Positions 1-11,438 of a stretch of 64,000 nt of DNA are shown piece after piece. Under the pieces are notes generated by a model. That model searched no databases. It was not told the origin of the DNA and worked only from the letters and a program-made list of their open reading frames with translations. The stretch is from an uncultured Candidatus Rokubacteria bacterium (GTDB lineage Bacteria > Methylomirabilota > Methylomirabilia > Rokubacteriales > DASRDR01). Numbering within the stretch: the first letter of the stretch is position 1; the number at the start of each line of letters is the position of its first letter. The stretch lies in assembly GCA_963826115.1 (NCBI GenBank), contig CAWGVS010000012.1:576001-640000 (forward strand), read 5' to 3'. The translations under genes were made by a program, and so were the position numbers.

Positions 1-1
1 C

Positions 2-172
2 TGGGGCGGGGGGCTGCGGGGCGCGCTGCCGCTGGTCCTCGTGCTCAGCCTGCCGCTCGACTTCCCGGAGCGGCAGCGCATCCTCGATCTCACGGCGGGC
101 GTCGTGCTGTTCACGCTGCTCGTCCAGGGCACGACAGTCGGTCGTCTGATCCGTTCTCTCGAACCGACGTGA
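2..172 (+). CDS. Na+/H+ antiporter (CPA1 family), C-terminal end, partial at window edge
   Basis: Frame 2 reads WGGGLRGALPLVLVLSLP...GVVLFTLLVQGTT, matching the conserved CPA1 GLRGA and TLxVQG motifs; TGA at 170-172. Confidence 0.85.
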   Translation, partial: WGGGLRGALPLVLVLSLPLDFPERQRILDLTAGVVLFTLLVQGTTVGRLIRSLEPT

Positions 173-323
173 GACGACGAGTCGCGCTCTCCGCCGGGAT
201 CCGGGCGCCGGGAACGACTCGCCCTACCGGGACTCCGACAAGGACAGCGGGGGCGGCCTCCGGGCCCCGAATCTCTCACGCGCGAGCCGCGCCCAAAGGG
301 TGTACGGAACGGTGCGCACGCAG

Positions 324-1577
324 CTACGCTCCCGCTCGGCCACCGCGCTCGATGCGATCAGCCGCGCCACGCTGTTCATCCGGATGACGGGCCTGGTGGC
401 GAAGCACTGACTCCCGCTCGAGCCAGGTCGCCAGGGCCTCGCCGATGCGCCGGTGGCCCTCACGGTTCCAGTGCGAGTCGTGCGCGAACGTGAATCGCGC
501 GACGTCGGCCGCGGAGATCGTCCGCGCGCTATCGAAGCACGCCGCCCCCCGGGCCGCGCACGCGGCATGGAGGCCCGCCAGCGTCGGATCGGCCGGCCGC
601 GGCTCGCCGCTGTGGGCGACCAGGAGCGTGCGCAGGGGGATGCCGCGGGCGCCGGCCGCCCGCTCCATGGCGTCCACCAGGAAGAGGTGGTAGCGCAGAC
701 GGAAGCTGGGGCTCACGGCCAGGGCTCGCTGCAGGTCGTCCGGGTGCACGCGGGTGATCTCCCGAGCGGGATCGCTGGTGAGCCACTCCGGCGCCGCCGG
801 TTGCGCTCGCTGGACGGCCACCGCGGCCGAGGCCTTCGCCAGCCGGAAGCGCAGCCAATGGTAGAGGAGCGAGTGGTCCCGGAGCCACGCCTCCCACGGC
901 CACGGCTCGCGCGGCAGCGCGACCCGCCCCGCTCCACGGTAGCGCATGCGTCCGGTGGCATCGATCATCCGCCACATCGGCTCGATACGGACCGGGAGCC
1001 GGTCGGCGCCGAGCGTGAGACGATTCAGACTCAGCTCCGTGAGGTCGTTCTCGCTCGAGGCCAGCAGGATCAGGTCGGGCTGGAAGTCCAGCCCCTGCGT
1101 CAGAAGATAGACGTAGTGCTGATCGGTGCTCCAGCCCGGTACGGCCGCCACCAGCACCTCGACCGGTCCCACGCGCTCGCTGAGGAGTCGCTCGAGCCGA
1201 GCGCCGAAGGCTTCCTCCTGCTCGACACCCCACCCGAAGGCGAACGAGTCGCCGAGCAGCAGGATCCGTGCGGCGCCCGCGGGCCTCGATGGGTCACGGT
1301 CCGGACCGCGCATGCCGAGGGCGTTGACGGCGACGGTCACCGCGAAATCCTGGTCGACGTGTCGGACCCGAACTCCGGGGCGCAGGGTAAAGCCCAGCCG
1401 CCCGTCGGGACGGTAGGGGTTGAAGGCGAAGCGATCGTCGCGCGTCGTGGCGCGGCTCAGCGCCGGCACCCAGTGCAGCACGACCTCGAAGAGGCCCAGG
1501 GTGAGCGCGCACGATGCGACGACCAGCCCGAGGCGTCCCAGCCAGCCGCGCATCCACGCCCACCGCCCGGGGATCAC
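324..1577 (-). CDS. SGNH/GDSL hydrolase-family membrane-anchored protein
   Basis: N-terminal TM segment, LLLGDSFAFG (GDS block I), C-terminal DSHWN (DxH). Confidence 0.85.
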   Translation of the reverse strand: MIPGRWAWMRGWLGRLGLVVASCALTLGLFEVVLHWVPALSRATTRDDRFAFNPYRPDGRLGFTLRPGVRVRHVDQDFAVTVAVNALGMRGPDRDPSRPAGAARILLLGDSFAFGWGVEQEEAFGARLERLLSERVGPVEVLVAAVPGWSTDQHYVYLLTQGLDFQPDLILLASSENDLTELSLNRLTLGADRLPVRIEPMWRMIDATGRMRYRGAGRVALPREPWPWEAWLRDHSLLYHWLRFRLAKASAAVAVQRAQPAAPEWLTSDPAREITRVHPDDLQRALAVSPSFRLRYHLFLVDAMERAAGARGIPLRTLLVAHSGEPRPADPTLAGLHAACAARGAACFDSARTISAADVARFTFAHDSHWNREGHRRIGEALATWLERESVLRHQARHPDEQRGAADRIERGGRAGA

Positions 1578-1936
1578 GATCTACGAGCGGCCCCGGCGCG
1601 CCGCGGTGGGGCTTGGCGCTCGGCCCGGCACGCCATCTCGCCGGCCAGCCCGTCCTCCGGGTGAATGGAGACGTGCTCGATGGTGCCCCCCGCGGCGGGC
1701 GCCTTCTTCACGGTCGCGTCGACGTCGAGCATGACACGGAGTCGCCAATGCCGATCTCGGCGCGACCTATCTTACCGCCGGGGCCCGGCCTCGCATGCGC
1801 CCGGTGGCGCCGAGGGGCCGCCGTGGCCGTCCGGTCTTTGCGGCGCCATCCAGCCAGAAGCCCACGTCAGAGAAAAGAAATCGGGCGACGGTATCGCGCC
1901 CGTAGCAGCAAACGGAGCCTCGGGTAGGATGGAGTT

Positions 1937-2599
1937 GTGGATCCCGCCCTCCGATACCCTGCCGAATTCTACATCCCGCCGATCCTCGAGCTCATCGCCA
2001 TCATTCTCTTCGCCATTACGGGCGCGCTGAGCGCCGCGAGGCGCGGCTACGATTGGATCGGCGCCATGTCGATCGCCCTCGTCACCGGAGTCGGCGGCGG
2101 GCTCATGCGCGACATCCTCCTGAACGTTCGCCCGGTGTTCCTCGAGCATGAAGTGCACATCTGGGCGGTCCTCGCCGCCGTGCTCCTGAGCATCTTCCTG
2201 TTCCCGCTCGTTTCGCGAATGCGTTGGATCTTTCTCGGGGCCGACGCGCTCGGACTTGCGATGTATGCGGTGATCGGCACGCAGAAATCGCTGAATACCG
2301 GGCTGGGGATCTCCGCCGCCATCCTCATCGGCACGCTCAGCGCGATCGGCGGCGGGCTGATCCGGGACGTTCTCACCCGGGAGGAAGCGAGCCTGCTGAA
2401 GCCGGGGCAGTGGTACGCGGGGATTGCGCTCGGGGGAAGCGTGCTCTTCTGTCTCCTGAGCCGATTCTTGCACGTGCCCCCCGCCGTCGCCGGGACCCTC
2501 GTCGTTCTCGTCGCCTTCACGGCGAGAATTCTCGCGTACCGCTACGATCTTCAGACCCGGGCGGTCAGGCCCGTGGGATTCGATCCGCATCATTCCTGA
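1937..2599 (+). CDS. Trimeric intracellular cation channel (UPF0126/YadS-like) membrane protein
   Basis: Two internal repeats GVGGGLMRDILL and AIGGGLIRDVL, plus DALGL; hydrophobic. Confidence 0.9.
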   Translation: MDPALRYPAEFYIPPILELIAIILFAITGALSAARRGYDWIGAMSIALVTGVGGGLMRDILLNVRPVFLEHEVHIWAVLAAVLLSIFLFPLVSRMRWIFLGADALGLAMYAVIGTQKSLNTGLGISAAILIGTLSAIGGGLIRDVLTREEASLLKPGQWYAGIALGGSVLFCLLSRFLHVPPAVAGTLVVLVAFTARILAYRYDLQTRAVRPVGFDPHHS

Positions 2600-2788
2600 C
2601 CACCGCTGCCGGACCGGTCCCGCCCCGCATGCCCCGACCGGCAGACGGCGCGCGCCTCGGTCGACGTCGACACCCTCGAGTGGGCGGACCGCGAAGGCCG
2701 CCTCCGCGCCCAGAGATCCATCGGGACGCTTCGGTGCGCCTCGCCGGAGCGATGCGGCCCCCCAGGCCTGCCGGGCGGCTGCCCGGTA

Positions 2789-3427
2789 CTATGCGGTCCG
2801 GGGCCGGCCGGTTGGGTTGAGCGCTTTGAAGGCGAATGCCGCCGCGGTCCCTCCCAGCAGCTCCGCAGCGATGTAGAGCCATAGGGTGGACCACGGGAGC
2901 AGGCCCCGGATCGTGGCGCCGAAGGCGACGGCCGGGTTGAAGGCCGCTCCCGACACCTGGCCGACGGCAAATGCGCCAGCCAGGACCGTGAAGCCGATCG
3001 CGAGACCGAAGTAGGAATTCCCGGCTGTTGCGTCGGCCGTGGCCACGTTCAACACGACGTACACCAGCGCAAACGTGAAAATGAGCTCGGCCAGAAACAC
3101 CCCGACTACGGGGGCATGGAATGGAGTCACCGGCGCGCCCCGAAGGGCGAAGCCGACGATCCAGGCCGCGGCGGCGGCACCCAGCAGTTGCGCCCCGCAG
3201 TATGGCAGCACGTCCGAGGCCGGACACCGCCCCCGCAGGAACACCCCGAGCGTGACTGCCGGGTTGTAGTGGGCGCCCGAGATGTGGCCGCCCGCGTAGA
3301 TCATCGCCATCAGCACGGCCCCGATGGCCAGCGGCGCGATCACGCCCGGAGCCGCTGCGAGCCCCGTGCAGCCGATCGTCAACACGAGAAAGAACGTTCC
3401 GATGAATTCCACGGCGTACTGGCGCAT
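2789..3427 (-). CDS. Aquaporin (MIP family)
   Basis: Start MRQYAVEFIGTFFLV; SGAHYNPAVT and GAAFNPAV (two NPA boxes). Confidence 0.95.
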   Translation of the reverse strand: MRQYAVEFIGTFFLVLTIGCTGLAAAPGVIAPLAIGAVLMAMIYAGGHISGAHYNPAVTLGVFLRGRCPASDVLPYCGAQLLGAAAAAWIVGFALRGAPVTPFHAPVVGVFLAELIFTFALVYVVLNVATADATAGNSYFGLAIGFTVLAGAFAVGQVSGAAFNPAVAFGATIRGLLPWSTLWLYIAAELLGGTAAAFAFKALNPTGRPRTA

Positions 3428-3729
3428 GGCGCGTCCTTTCGTCCGGATTGTCGGACCTCGTCCGCGGCCAACCTCAACTAAGAAGCGGTGTATCGTGGCG
3501 CGGCCGACACCTTCAAGATCCCAGGTGGTGCGAAGCCTGCTTCCCGCCCCTTCCCCGATTCCGCCGTCAGCCCAGTGGGCGCATTCCCCAGGATGGCCGC
3601 ACTCTAGCGTGCGGCCGGCCGGCCCGACAAGGCTGGAGCGGGCCGGGGCGGCTCGGGGAGACGCAGGTGAGACCCGGCCCCTGCGCGCGGCCCGCCGCCT
3701 TCCTGGCTCTTCCGCGCGGAACGCAACGG

Positions 3730-5142
3730 CTACGTGGCTCGCGCCGGCCACACCGGCTCGTGGTAGCCGAGCGGCACCGAGGGCCGGGCCCAGCGCGGCG
3801 CCGTCTCGGAGAGGCGCACCACCGGACCGAGATGGTGCAGCCGACCGGCCGGCGTCTCGCTCGTCATCGACCAGCGCTCCAGCTCCGCGGGGGTGAATTC
3901 CTTCGGCACGTCCTTCAGCTCGGCCTCCGACACCTGACCGCGGCCGACGAGCCAGTGCCCAGTCTGCGCCAGGGAGATACGCACGAGCCAACTACCCCCC
4001 TCACGCACGCGGCGGGTGAGAGCCACCACCGCGCCGAACGCCATCAGATACCCAGTCAGATAGTCGATCGCCGACGCCGGATAGAACTGCGGGCCCGACG
4101 AGGGACCGGGAAAGAGTTCCCCCTGACGGCCGGCGATGCCACTGACCGCCTGCACGACCGTGTCGAAACCACGCCGCGCCGCCCACGGACCGGCATGGCC
4201 GAAAGCGCACAGCGTGACGAAGACAATCCCGGGTCGCAAGCGCGTCAGCGCCTCGGGCGAGAACCCGCGATCGCCGAGGGTGCCCGGCCGGTAGCCTTGG
4301 GAAAACACGTCGGCCTCGCGGACGAGCCCGCGTAGGGTCTCGATGTCTTTCGGCTCGCGCAGATCCAGATGGGCGCAGAGCTTTCCGTGGCCGGTATCGT
4401 ATTCCTGGTAGCCGAGATTCGGCAGGTGCGCACCCGTGATCTTCAGGACGTCGGCGCCGTGCTCGGCGAGGGTGCGCGCGCAGGTCGGCCCGGCGAGGAC
4501 CCGTGTCAAGTCGAGCACCCGGATCCCCGACAACGGCCGACCCGCGTCGGGGAGCTCTTCCGGCGGGCTGTCGCCGATCTTGACGACCTCCATCAGCGGC
4601 AACGAGGCGATGGCGGCGGCCTGCGGGTGCCGAGTCCATTCCCGCATGGTGCGCACCATGCCGCCCGCGCCCTTCGCGGCGATGATCGCCTCCTCGAGCG
4701 CGAGCGCATCCCACTTCGCCACTGCTTGGCGCACCGCCTCGCGGTCTTCCGGGACGCCCAGCACGCGGAGGGCGGCGGCACGATGGTTCGGGAAGTTGCA
4801 GTGGAGATAGCTCCAGCGCCCGTCCTTGGCCGGATAGAAACCCATCACCGTGTTGCGCTCGGTCGACACGGGCGCTCCGTCCAGCTTCATGTAGTGCCCG
4901 CTGCGGAGCGAGGCCGTCGCCTGGCGACTGTCGACCGCGACGTCCTGATGGCGCCCGGTGCGCAAGGCCCACAGATCGGAGACGGCGAGACCGAGCGCCG
5001 CCAGCGCGGCCGCCGCGGTCTCGCCAATGCGGAACGGCGTCGGCAGGATCGGATCGGCGCCACCAGTGATCTCGACCGCGCGAGCGCGATCCTCGCCCCA
5101 GCCGGCGACCGGCAAGATCGTGCGCAGGGCATCATTCGGCAT
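3730..5142 (-). CDS. CoA-transferase family III (CaiB/BaiF)
   Basis: PLSGIRVLDLTRVLAGPTCARTLAEHGADVLKI, ADVFSQGYRPG, RRGFDTVVQA. Confidence 0.92.
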   Translation of the reverse strand: MPNDALRTILPVAGWGEDRARAVEITGGADPILPTPFRIGETAAAALAALGLAVSDLWALRTGRHQDVAVDSRQATASLRSGHYMKLDGAPVSTERNTVMGFYPAKDGRWSYLHCNFPNHRAAALRVLGVPEDREAVRQAVAKWDALALEEAIIAAKGAGGMVRTMREWTRHPQAAAIASLPLMEVVKIGDSPPEELPDAGRPLSGIRVLDLTRVLAGPTCARTLAEHGADVLKITGAHLPNLGYQEYDTGHGKLCAHLDLREPKDIETLRGLVREADVFSQGYRPGTLGDRGFSPEALTRLRPGIVFVTLCAFGHAGPWAARRGFDTVVQAVSGIAGRQGELFPGPSSGPQFYPASAIDYLTGYLMAFGAVVALTRRVREGGSWLVRISLAQTGHWLVGRGQVSEAELKDVPKEFTPAELERWSMTSETPAGRLHHLGPVVRLSETAPRWARPSVPLGYHEPVWPARAT

Positions 5143-5386
5143 GGTGGGAACTCCCCCTCGTCGCGAGGTTGGCGCCTATTAACCCACATTTTCGATTGAG
5201 GGCCGAACGGACCCGGCGCGACTTCCCGCGAGGGGAAGCAGCCTCGGCCGCCGCCTCGGACCGGGACCGCCGGAGGACCAGCCCGCCCCAGGGGCGCCGT
5301 GCGACCAACGCATCGGAAAGCCCGGGCCGCACTTCAGCGTCGGCGGCGACCGGCAAGGAGGCCCGAAATGCGGAAGCTGCCGCGGG

Positions 5387-5557
5387 TGGTGCGCCGTGAA
5401 GAAATCGACCCTTCAACCGACTGATCAAGAGTCCCCGCAGGGGTCCACGCATCGCCACGCGTCAGGCCCCATCCGCCCGTCACACCGAGAACACGTCTTG
5501 CGTGTTCCCTCCCGTTCGTCGTCGTCCATCTCGGCGACTTGGCACCGTCGTGGAACC
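5387..5557 (-). repeat. att-like site 1: degenerate tRNA-Lys 3' fragment plus arm
   Basis: Core 5387-5431 with 5 mismatches to consensus; arm repeats TGGCACC (5540) and TGGAACC (5551), 109 bp from core end, 11-bp period; no terminator hairpin. Confidence 0.85.
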
Positions 5558-5581
5558 GGACTACGTGCCCCGCCGGGTCGG

Positions 5582-6679
5582 CTACTCCTCGAGGAGCACG
5601 CAGTCCCGGGGGTCGGCGCTGACGAAGACCTCCTCGCCCTCGGCCATCGGCTCCGATGCCGCCGAGCGCACGATGAGGCGCCGCCCGTCCCAGTCCACAT
5701 GGTATTGCGTGAAGTCGCCGTGGAACACGCGCTGCCGGATCCGGGCGGGCCACACGTTGACCGATCCGGGCGACGGCGCGCGCGCCAGGCGGAGGCGCAC
5801 GGTGCGGATGGCCACGAGCGCCTCGGCGCCGCTTCGGCGGTCGAGGGCGGTCCCGTGGAGGAGCGCGCCGCTCGGCGTCTCGATGACCACGAGCCCGTCC
5901 TGCTCGAGGTCGGGCCGCCGCCGGCCGCGGATGAGGTTCGCCGATCCGACGAAGTCGGCCACGAACGTGTTGCGCGGGCGGTCGTAGATCTCGGCCGGCG
6001 TCCCGACCTGCTCGATGGCCCCGTCCCGCATCACCACCACGCGGTCGGAGATGGCCAGCGCTTCCTCGAGGTCGTGGGTGACGTACACCGAGGTGATGCC
6101 GAGTCGGCGCTGGAGCTCCTTCAGCTCGACCCGCATCTCCGCGCGCAGCTTGGCGTCGAGGTTCGACAGCGGCTCGTCGAAGAGGAGCACCGCGGGGGAG
6201 AAGACGAAGGCGCGGGCGAGAGCCACGCGCTGCTGCTGGCCGCCGGAGAGCTTGGCGGCGCTACGGCGGCCGAGGTCACCCAGCTGGACCAGGTCGAGCG
6301 CCTCGCGCACCCGCGCCGTCACCTCCGCGTCCGGCCGCTTCCGCACCCGCAGGCCGTAGGCGACGTTGTCGAAGACGCTCATGTGCGGCCAGATGGCGTA
6401 CGACTGGAAGACCATCGAGAGTCCGCGGTCCTCGGCGGGAACGTTCACCCGCGCGGTGGACGAGAAGACCGGGCGACCGCCGATCCGGATCTCGCCCGAT
6501 GTCGGCCGCTCGAGGCCGGCGATCGCCCGCAGCGTCGTCGTCTTGCCGCAGCCCGAGGGGCCGAGCAGGGTCAGGTGCTCGCCCGCGCCGACGTCGAACG
6601 TCACCCCGCGCACCGCGACCACCGCGCCGTAGTGGACGGTCAGGTCGCGGACCTCGATCGATGCCTGGCGCGTGCTCAC
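5582..6679 (-). CDS. ABC transporter ATP-binding protein (Fe3+/polyamine class, TOBE domain)
   Basis: GPSGCGKTT Walker [30 protein letters not shown]; GTG start at 6679 overlaps the permease stop. Confidence 0.93.
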   Translation of the reverse strand: MSTRQASIEVRDLTVHYGAVVAVRGVTFDVGAGEHLTLLGPSGCGKTTTLRAIAGLERPTSGEIRIGGRPVFSSTARVNVPAEDRGLSMVFQSYAIWPHMSVFDNVAYGLRVRKRPDAEVTARVREALDLVQLGDLGRRSAAKLSGGQQQRVALARAFVFSPAVLLFDEPLSNLDAKLRAEMRVELKELQRRLGITSVYVTHDLEEALAISDRVVVMRDGAIEQVGTPAEIYDRPRNTFVADFVGSANLIRGRRRPDLEQDGLVVIETPSGALLHGTALDRRSGAEALVAIRTVRLRLARAPSPGSVNVWPARIRQRVFHGDFTQYHVDWDGRRLIVRSAASEPMAEGEEVFVSADPRDCVLLEE

Positions 6680-8376
6680 TCCGCTCCCGCCTGGACGGCT
6701 CGGCGCGCCGCCGCGAAGAGCACCGCCAGCGCGACGGCCACCGCCAGGGTCTGCAGCACGGCCAGCGCCGCGGTGAGCTCGGAGTGGGTGGAGAACCAGG
6801 ACTCGACGATGGCCGGCGTCAGGACCTTGGCCTTCGGTCCCATGAGCAGGATGGACGCGCCGAGCTCCCGCACGCTGGCGATGAAGAGCAGGAGCCACGC
6901 CGCGATCAGGCCCGGCCGGAGCAGCGGCATGGTGACGGTGCGCAGCCGGTAGCCCCAGCCCGCGCCGCACATCTGGGCGGACTCCTCGAGCGAGCGGTCG
7001 ATCTGGAGGATGACGCCCGCGATCGTCCGGAGCCCGAGCGGCAGGAACACGGTGAGGTATGCGATCAGGAGCAGCCACAGCGTGCCGTAGATGGGGATCG
7101 GGAAGACCAGCCACGCCCACAGCATCCCGAACGCAAAGACCAGGCGCGGCACCGCCTGCGGGAGCATCAGGAGGTACTCGATGGCGCCGGCGCCGGGCAG
7201 CCGCGAGCGATAGATCAGCCACGCGAGGAACCCCATCAGGGGGACGCCGATGCTCGCGGTGGCGACGCCGAGGAGGAGGCTGTTCCAGAGCGCGGACTGG
7301 ACCGCGTCGAGGGACAGGGCGGTCGCGTAGTTGGCCAGCGTGAAGTTGTCCCGGCGCGGCCAGAGCGTCGTCAGCCGCTGGAACGAGGCGTAGACGATCG
7401 TCAGCACGGGCAGGAACACGGCGACGACGAGGTACGCCACGCAGAGGGCGAAGAGCGGCCAGCGGAGGCCGCGGACGTCCAGAACGCGCGGGCGGAAGGC
7501 CTTGCCGGTGATGGTGGCGTAGGTGCCGCGGGTCACGATGCGGCGGTAGATCCGCACCATGGCGAACATCACGGCGAACAGCGCCACCCCCATGGCGGCC
7601 GCCGTCGGGAACCGCGGCGGGTACTGCGACACCATCTGGTACATCGCCGTGGTGACGACGTAGAAGCGGCTCGGGAGCCCCAGGACCAGCGCCGCCGAGA
7701 ACGAGCCCAGCATCTCGGCGAAGACGAAGATGGCGGCGCCCAGAACGCCGGGCAGGACCAGCGGCAGCGTGATCCGGAGCATGGTCCGCAGGCGCCCGGC
7801 GCCCAGCACCTGCGAGGCCTCCTCGAGCGCGGGGTCCATCGACTTCATCACGGCGGCGATCATCACGAAGGCCACCGAGCCCTCGAAGAGGGCCATCACC
7901 CACGCGATCCCCCAGGGCGTGTTGATGTCGATCAGGTGGCTCCGCCCCCCCAGCGCTCGCCAGAGCTGGTTCGCGAAGCCGCTGCTGGCCGAGCCGATGA
8001 GCGCCCACGCCAGAGCGCCCATGAGCGGGGTCACGTAGTAGGGCATGGCCATCAGCTGCTCGAGCGCGCCACGGCCGGGGACGTTCGCGCGCGAGAGAGT
8101 CCACGCCAGGGCGAATCCGGCGACCACCGCGAGGACGGTGGCCACGCTCGCCACCATCAGCGTGTTGCCGAAGATGTGGGCGTAGCGGCCGAGGCCCGTG
8201 AAGTTGTCGAGGCCGTACGCCTCCGGCGGGCGCGCCTGCGGGTCGCCCACGCTGAGCGAGGCCTGGATCAGATAGGCGATCGGGTAGAGAACCAGGGCGG
8301 CCGCGGCGCCGCTCACCACCAGGCTGACAAGGAGCGGGCCCGGCCGCCAGGACCGGGCCCGCCCCACGAGGTCCAC
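6676..8376 (-). CDS. ABC transporter permease (FbpB-like, two domains)
   Basis: Two EAA loops ([22 protein letters not shown]); 566 aa, hydrophobic. Confidence 0.92.
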   Translation of the reverse strand: MDLVGRARSWRPGPLLVSLVVSGAAAALVLYPIAYLIQASLSVGDPQARPPEAYGLDNFTGLGRYAHIFGNTLMVASVATVLAVVAGFALAWTLSRANVPGRGALEQLMAMPYYVTPLMGALAWALIGSASSGFANQLWRALGGRSHLIDINTPWGIAWVMALFEGSVAFVMIAAVMKSMDPALEEASQVLGAGRLRTMLRITLPLVLPGVLGAAIFVFAEMLGSFSAALVLGLPSRFYVVTTAMYQMVSQYPPRFPTAAAMGVALFAVMFAMVRIYRRIVTRGTYATITGKAFRPRVLDVRGLRWPLFALCVAYLVVAVFLPVLTIVYASFQRLTTLWPRRDNFTLANYATALSLDAVQSALWNSLLLGVATASIGVPLMGFLAWLIYRSRLPGAGAIEYLLMLPQAVPRLVFAFGMLWAWLVFPIPIYGTLWLLLIAYLTVFLPLGLRTIAGVILQIDRSLEESAQMCGAGWGYRLRTVTMPLLRPGLIAAWLLLFIASVRELGASILLMGPKAKVLTPAIVESWFSTHSELTAALAVLQTLAVAVALAVLFAAARRAVQAGAE

Positions 8377-8386
8377 GGCGCGGGGC

Positions 8387-9487
8387 TCAGAGCCCCATGA
8401 GTGCGTTCCACTCCTTCACGAACACGGGATGGCTCGCCACGTAGTCGTTCCAGTCCGACGGGAACAGGAGCTTGAAGTCGGCGAGCCGCTTGCCGGTGGG
8501 CATCGGCTCGGCGTCCGTCCGCAGCGACCCGTAGAGGAGGATCTTCTGGTTCTGGTAGACGGCCTGGCCGCGCTTGGACAGCGCCCAGTCCACGAAGAGC
8601 TTCGCCGCCTCCGGATGGGGCGCCCGGTTGACCACCCCGATGAAGAACGACGTCGCCGGGAGCCCGTCGGTCGGCGCCACGAACTCGATCTCCGCGCCCT
8701 TCTCCGAGAAGAGCGTGTAGCCGGCGTACTCCGCCAGCACGCACATGCGATCCTCGCCCTTCGACAGCCGGTCGAAGAGCTGGGCGCGCGCGTCGAACCC
8801 CTTCGGCCGCTGCTTGGCGAACTCCTGCCAGAACTCGGCGCCGTAGAGCTTCCTCAGCATGTACCACTGGGCGTGCTGCATGCCCGACGTGGCGAGCTTG
8901 GCGCTGATCCCGTCCTTGTAGGCCGGGTTGAGGATGTCCTTCCACCCCTTGGGCGCCTGGTCCGCGGTCATCTTGGTGCGGTTGTAGGCGATGCCGGCGA
9001 AGGTCACGCCGCCCCAGCCGTAATAGCCCGCCGGGCTCGACTGGTGCTCGGGCTTGTACGCCGCGTACTCCGGCGAGAGGTACTGCTCGTACCCGCCCTT
9101 CTTCTGGAAGTCCATCGCCGGCGAGATGTCGGAGACCTGCAGCACGTCGACGCCGAAGCGCCCGGCCGACCGTTCGGCCGTGATCTTCGCGTAGAGCGCG
9201 CCGGTCTGGAGGCGCACGTAGCTCGTCTTGATCTTCGGGAAGTCCTTCTTGAACCCGTCGAGCAGGGTCGCGATCCCGGCCTCGCCGTCGTGGCCGTAGT
9301 ACACGACCTCACCCTCCTGCTCGGCCTTGGCGACGTCGGCGCCGGTCTGGAAATCCAGTACCTTCGTGCTGCGCACCTGGGCGGAGGCGACCGGCGCGCG
9401 TCCCAGGATCGACGCTCCCGCGGCGGCGAGGGCTCCGGTCGCGAGGAAGCGGCGCCGGCTGACAGGGAGGTTGCCAGGCTCAGCCAT
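8387..9487 (-). CDS. ABC transporter substrate-binding protein, Tat-exported (Fe3+/thiamine-like class)
   Basis: GGAG RBS before MAEPGNLPVSRRRFL; AEQEGEVVYY; APHPEAAKLFVDWALS. Confidence 0.9.
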   Translation of the reverse strand: MAEPGNLPVSRRRFLATGALAAAGASILGRAPVASAQVRSTKVLDFQTGADVAKAEQEGEVVYYGHDGEAGIATLLDGFKKDFPKIKTSYVRLQTGALYAKITAERSAGRFGVDVLQVSDISPAMDFQKKGGYEQYLSPEYAAYKPEHQSSPAGYYGWGGVTFAGIAYNRTKMTADQAPKGWKDILNPAYKDGISAKLATSGMQHAQWYMLRKLYGAEFWQEFAKQRPKGFDARAQLFDRLSKGEDRMCVLAEYAGYTLFSEKGAEIEFVAPTDGLPATSFFIGVVNRAPHPEAAKLFVDWALSKRGQAVYQNQKILLYGSLRTDAEPMPTGKRLADFKLLFPSDWNDYVASHPVFVKEWNALMGL

Positions 9488-9982
9488 GGGATCTCCTCCA
9501 AGTTGAGGATGTCGAACGGCGGGTTGGTCACCCCGTCCCCCGACACTATCACCGGATCGCGGACCAGTGCCAGCCGTCGATGTCCATCCGCCCGGCCACG
9601 GACAAGCCGGCCTTGGCGAAGATGACGTCGTCCTAGTGGAGGTGCACCCACTTGCCCACCGCACCGCGGCGGACGGGCGCCTCGGGTCCAATGGCCGTCG
9701 CGGGACCCGGCTACCTGCCACCGGAGCAGCAGGAGGCACGCGCGATCGCATTTCCGGGGCACGCGAGATCGGCCCGCGTCAGCGGGACGGAGGCGGTGGA
9801 GACAACCGCCCGCCAGGTCGCGAGGGCGGGAAAGAGGGCGGCATCGATCATTAAGTCCTTCTTACCATTCTGGTGAGAACGTTTCCCTGGACTACAGAGT
9901 CTCGGGTGGACAGGATGCGGCAACGCCAGGGCCACCGGTCGCCGTCTCGACGGCCGGACGAGCCTCGCGGAGGAGGCGCTTC

Positions 9983-10124
9983 ATGCCACGCACCCTGCTC
10001 GACAAGGTGTGGGACGCCCACACGCTTCGGACGCCGCCGTCCGGTCAAACCCGGCTCCTTGCCGGACTCCACCTCATCCACGATGGTGACGTCGCCGCAA
10101 GCCGTCCAGGCGCTCAAGCGGTGA
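9983..10124 (+). pseudogene. leuC: N-terminal fragment of 3-isopropylmalate dehydratase large subunit, frameshifted
   Basis: GGAGG RBS; MPRTLLDKVWDAH...LHLIH, then VTSPQA in another frame, then stop. Confidence 0.8.
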
Positions 10125-10218
10125 CGGCGCCCAAACGGCTCGAGGGCGCGCTCCGGACCCCGCTCGAGTGGGTGGTCGACATGAAGCTCGTTCTCAGCTG
10201 TTTCCCCCGGGGAGGACA

Positions 10219-11364
10219 ATGACACTCACCATGCAAGACTCGCTGACGCTCGGATTCTTCATCCAGCCGGTTCACCCGCCGGGCCGCCCCTACGCGGACG
10301 TTCTCCGCGAGGATCGCGAAGCCGTCGTGCTCGCCGATCGACTCGGCTATCGCGAAGCCTTCATCGGCGAGCATCTCGTCGACGCGGCCGAGACGATCAC
10401 CTCGAGCCTCGCGTTCATTGCGAGCCTGGCCGATGCCTGCCCGTCGATCACCTTCGGTACCGGCGTGCTTCCGCTTGCCAACTACCATCCGGCGATGGCG
10501 GCGGCGCAGGTCGCCATGGTCGACCATCTGGTCCACGGCCGGCTCGTGCTCGGAGTGGGGCCCGGCGTTCGCCCCGACGCGGAGGCGATCGGAGACCTGG
10601 GCTCGGATCGCAACCGAAAGACCCAGGAGGCGCTCGAGCACATGTGCCGGATCTGGAGCGAAGCGCCACCGTACCGGATCGAAGGCGAGTTCTACCGGAC
10701 CACCACGGAGGGCTCGTTCGATCCGCAGATCGGGGTCGGCGGCGCAGTCCGCCCGCTGCAACGGCCGCATCCGCCGATCGCCATCACCTCGATCCGCCCC
10801 GACGGCCGCGGCCCGCACGCGGCGGGAGCTCGCGGCTGGACCGGGATCTCGGCCAGCTACGTCGGCGCGTACGTCGTCCGCGCCCACATCCGGAGCTACC
10901 TGGAGGGCCGGCGCTCGGCGGGCCTGTCAGCCGACGCCTCCGGCTGGCGTGTCGCGCGCAGTGTCTTCGTCGCCGATGAAGACCTCACGGCGCGTCGCTA
11001 CGCGCATCGCGAGGACGGCGCCCACGGCTTCTACTTCCACGTGATGAAGACCAAGCTCGCGAAGGCCGGCGCCCTGGACGTGATGCGCGACTTTCGCGAC
11101 CAGCCGGATTCCGAGCTCTCGACGCAGCGGCGCCTCGAGCGGCTCGTGATCGCGGGGACCCCGGAGAGCGTCGCGGACCAGATTCTCGAGTTCCGCAACG
11201 AAGTCGGCGCGTTCGGCACCTTGCTGTACACGGGACACGACTGGACCGATCCGGCGCTCGCCCGGCGCTCGATGGAGCTCATGGCGAACGACGTCTGGCC
11301 CCGGATCGATCGAGCCCTGCGTGAGACGACACCGCGAACGGGTGGAACGGGACGCCCTGATTGA
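10219..11364 (+). CDS. LLM-class flavin-dependent oxidoreductase
   Basis: GGAGGA RBS; ADRLGYREAFIGEH, GRLVLGVGPG, RPLQRPHPPIA, IAGTPESVADQI. Confidence 0.92.
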   Translation: MTLTMQDSLTLGFFIQPVHPPGRPYADVLREDREAVVLADRLGYREAFIGEHLVDAAETITSSLAFIASLADACPSITFGTGVLPLANYHPAMAAAQVAMVDHLVHGRLVLGVGPGVRPDAEAIGDLGSDRNRKTQEALEHMCRIWSEAPPYRIEGEFYRTTTEGSFDPQIGVGGAVRPLQRPHPPIAITSIRPDGRGPHAAGARGWTGISASYVGAYVVRAHIRSYLEGRRSAGLSADASGWRVARSVFVADEDLTARRYAHREDGAHGFYFHVMKTKLAKAGALDVMRDFRDQPDSELSTQRRLERLVIAGTPESVADQILEFRNEVGAFGTLLYTGHDWTDPALARRSMELMANDVWPRIDRALRETTPRTGGTGRPD

Positions 11365-11438
11365 GGGACATCCACATGTCGCCAAGCGCAATGCCGGCAA
11401 GCCGGCGCATCGTTCAGATATGCCCGTCGTGGTAGGAG

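Noticed and set aside
9550-9670. Short minus-strand coding-like stretch upstream of the Fe-type SBP
   Set aside because: Interrupted by a stop codon and I cannot assign a family.
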